Source: Smithella sp. SCADC
Lineage (GTDB): Bacteria; Desulfobacterota; Syntrophia; Syntrophales; Smithellaceae
Length of the DNA: 64,000 nt
Assembly (NCBI GenBank): GCA_000747625.2
Contig: JQDQ01000193.1
Location: 63-64,062, forward strand
Reading direction: 5' to 3'
Below the pieces are notes generated by a model. It saw only the letters and a program-made list of their open reading frames with translations. It did not search any database and was not told the origin of the DNA. The translations under genes and the position numbers were made by a program. Shown here one piece after another: positions 63,793-64,000 of the stretch (position 1 is its first letter; every line of letters starts with the position of its first letter).

Positions 63793-64000
63793 CTATTTAT
63801 CAAATGGTACAAACATCTTCGCTTTCGCGCCGCAAACGGGACATTCATCAGGCAGTATGCCGTCAGCAACATAGCCGCATACTTTACACACATAGTAAGT
63901 CGTTTCTCTTTCTTCCATGTAGTGCGACATGGCCTCTTTGTAAAGCTTGGCGTGAGTTTCTTCCACATCCCTGCTCTGGCTGAAATGCAGCACAGCCTCT
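63793..64000 (-). CDS. rbr: rubrerythrin, C-terminal part (gene continues beyond the window)
   Basis: ...EETHAKLYKEAM...YVCKVCGYVADGILPDECPVCGAKAKMFVPF is a diiron-domain end plus the rubredoxin-like CxxC...CxxC tail. The frame stays open to position 64000. Confidence 0.8.
   Translation of the reverse strand, partial: EAVLHFSQSRDVEETHAKLYKEAMSHYMEERETTYYVCKVCGYVADGILPDECPVCGAKAKMFVPFDK

Overview
This 64 kb chromosomal segment looks like an anaerobic Desulfobacterota (deltaproteobacterial) type genome. That call is an inference from gene content: fused MetF/MetV-type MTHFR, rubrerythrin, DUF362 ferredoxin protein, AmmeMemo genes, a GAF-PilB ATPase, and 'gtcattcccg...cgggaatccag'-style hairpin repeats.

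Most of the window is housekeeping: glyQS, pilB-like/pilC, rlmB, pyrF, rpoZ, gmk, yicC, rfaE, uppP, ftsK, rimO, ispB-like, HU, nnr, fba, fbp, recQ, mutS, plus tRNA-Arg(CCG) and tRNA-Pro(CGG).

Three accessory patches stand out:
1. Positions 1-2000, next to tRNA-Arg, hold mobile debris: a group II intron 3' end, mazEF, a transposase remnant and a MITE.
2. Positions 34.6-42.8 kb form a repeat-punctuated modular island between rimO and a carboxyltransferase gene. It carries two convergent paralogous AAA/DUF4143 ATPase genes with a PD-(D/E)xK-like C-terminus, each bracketed by its own direct repeats. It also carries an HNH_2 nuclease + YkgJ Cys-cluster operon, and an AbiEi/AbiEii cassette inserted in a yaiI-like gene with a duplicated gene 3' end.
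3. Positions 58.1-59.6 kb hold a visibly GC-richer three-gene cassette (LexA-like wHTH, DUF6155-like, DUF6429 + Zn-ribbon) that abuts recQ and has two perfect palindromes upstream.

Other points worth a second look:
- A cysteine synthase fused to a full-length CysRS, heading an operon with Memo-like and AMMECR1 genes but no radical SAM partner.
- A 1683-aa kinase-like/P-loop/TPR/GAF/GGDEF protein.
- A 133-nt CTAG-bounded MITE present twice.
- Several decayed genes.

No CRISPR array, rRNA, integrase or intact transposase was seen. All family assignments come from motif recognition by eye. No database search was run.
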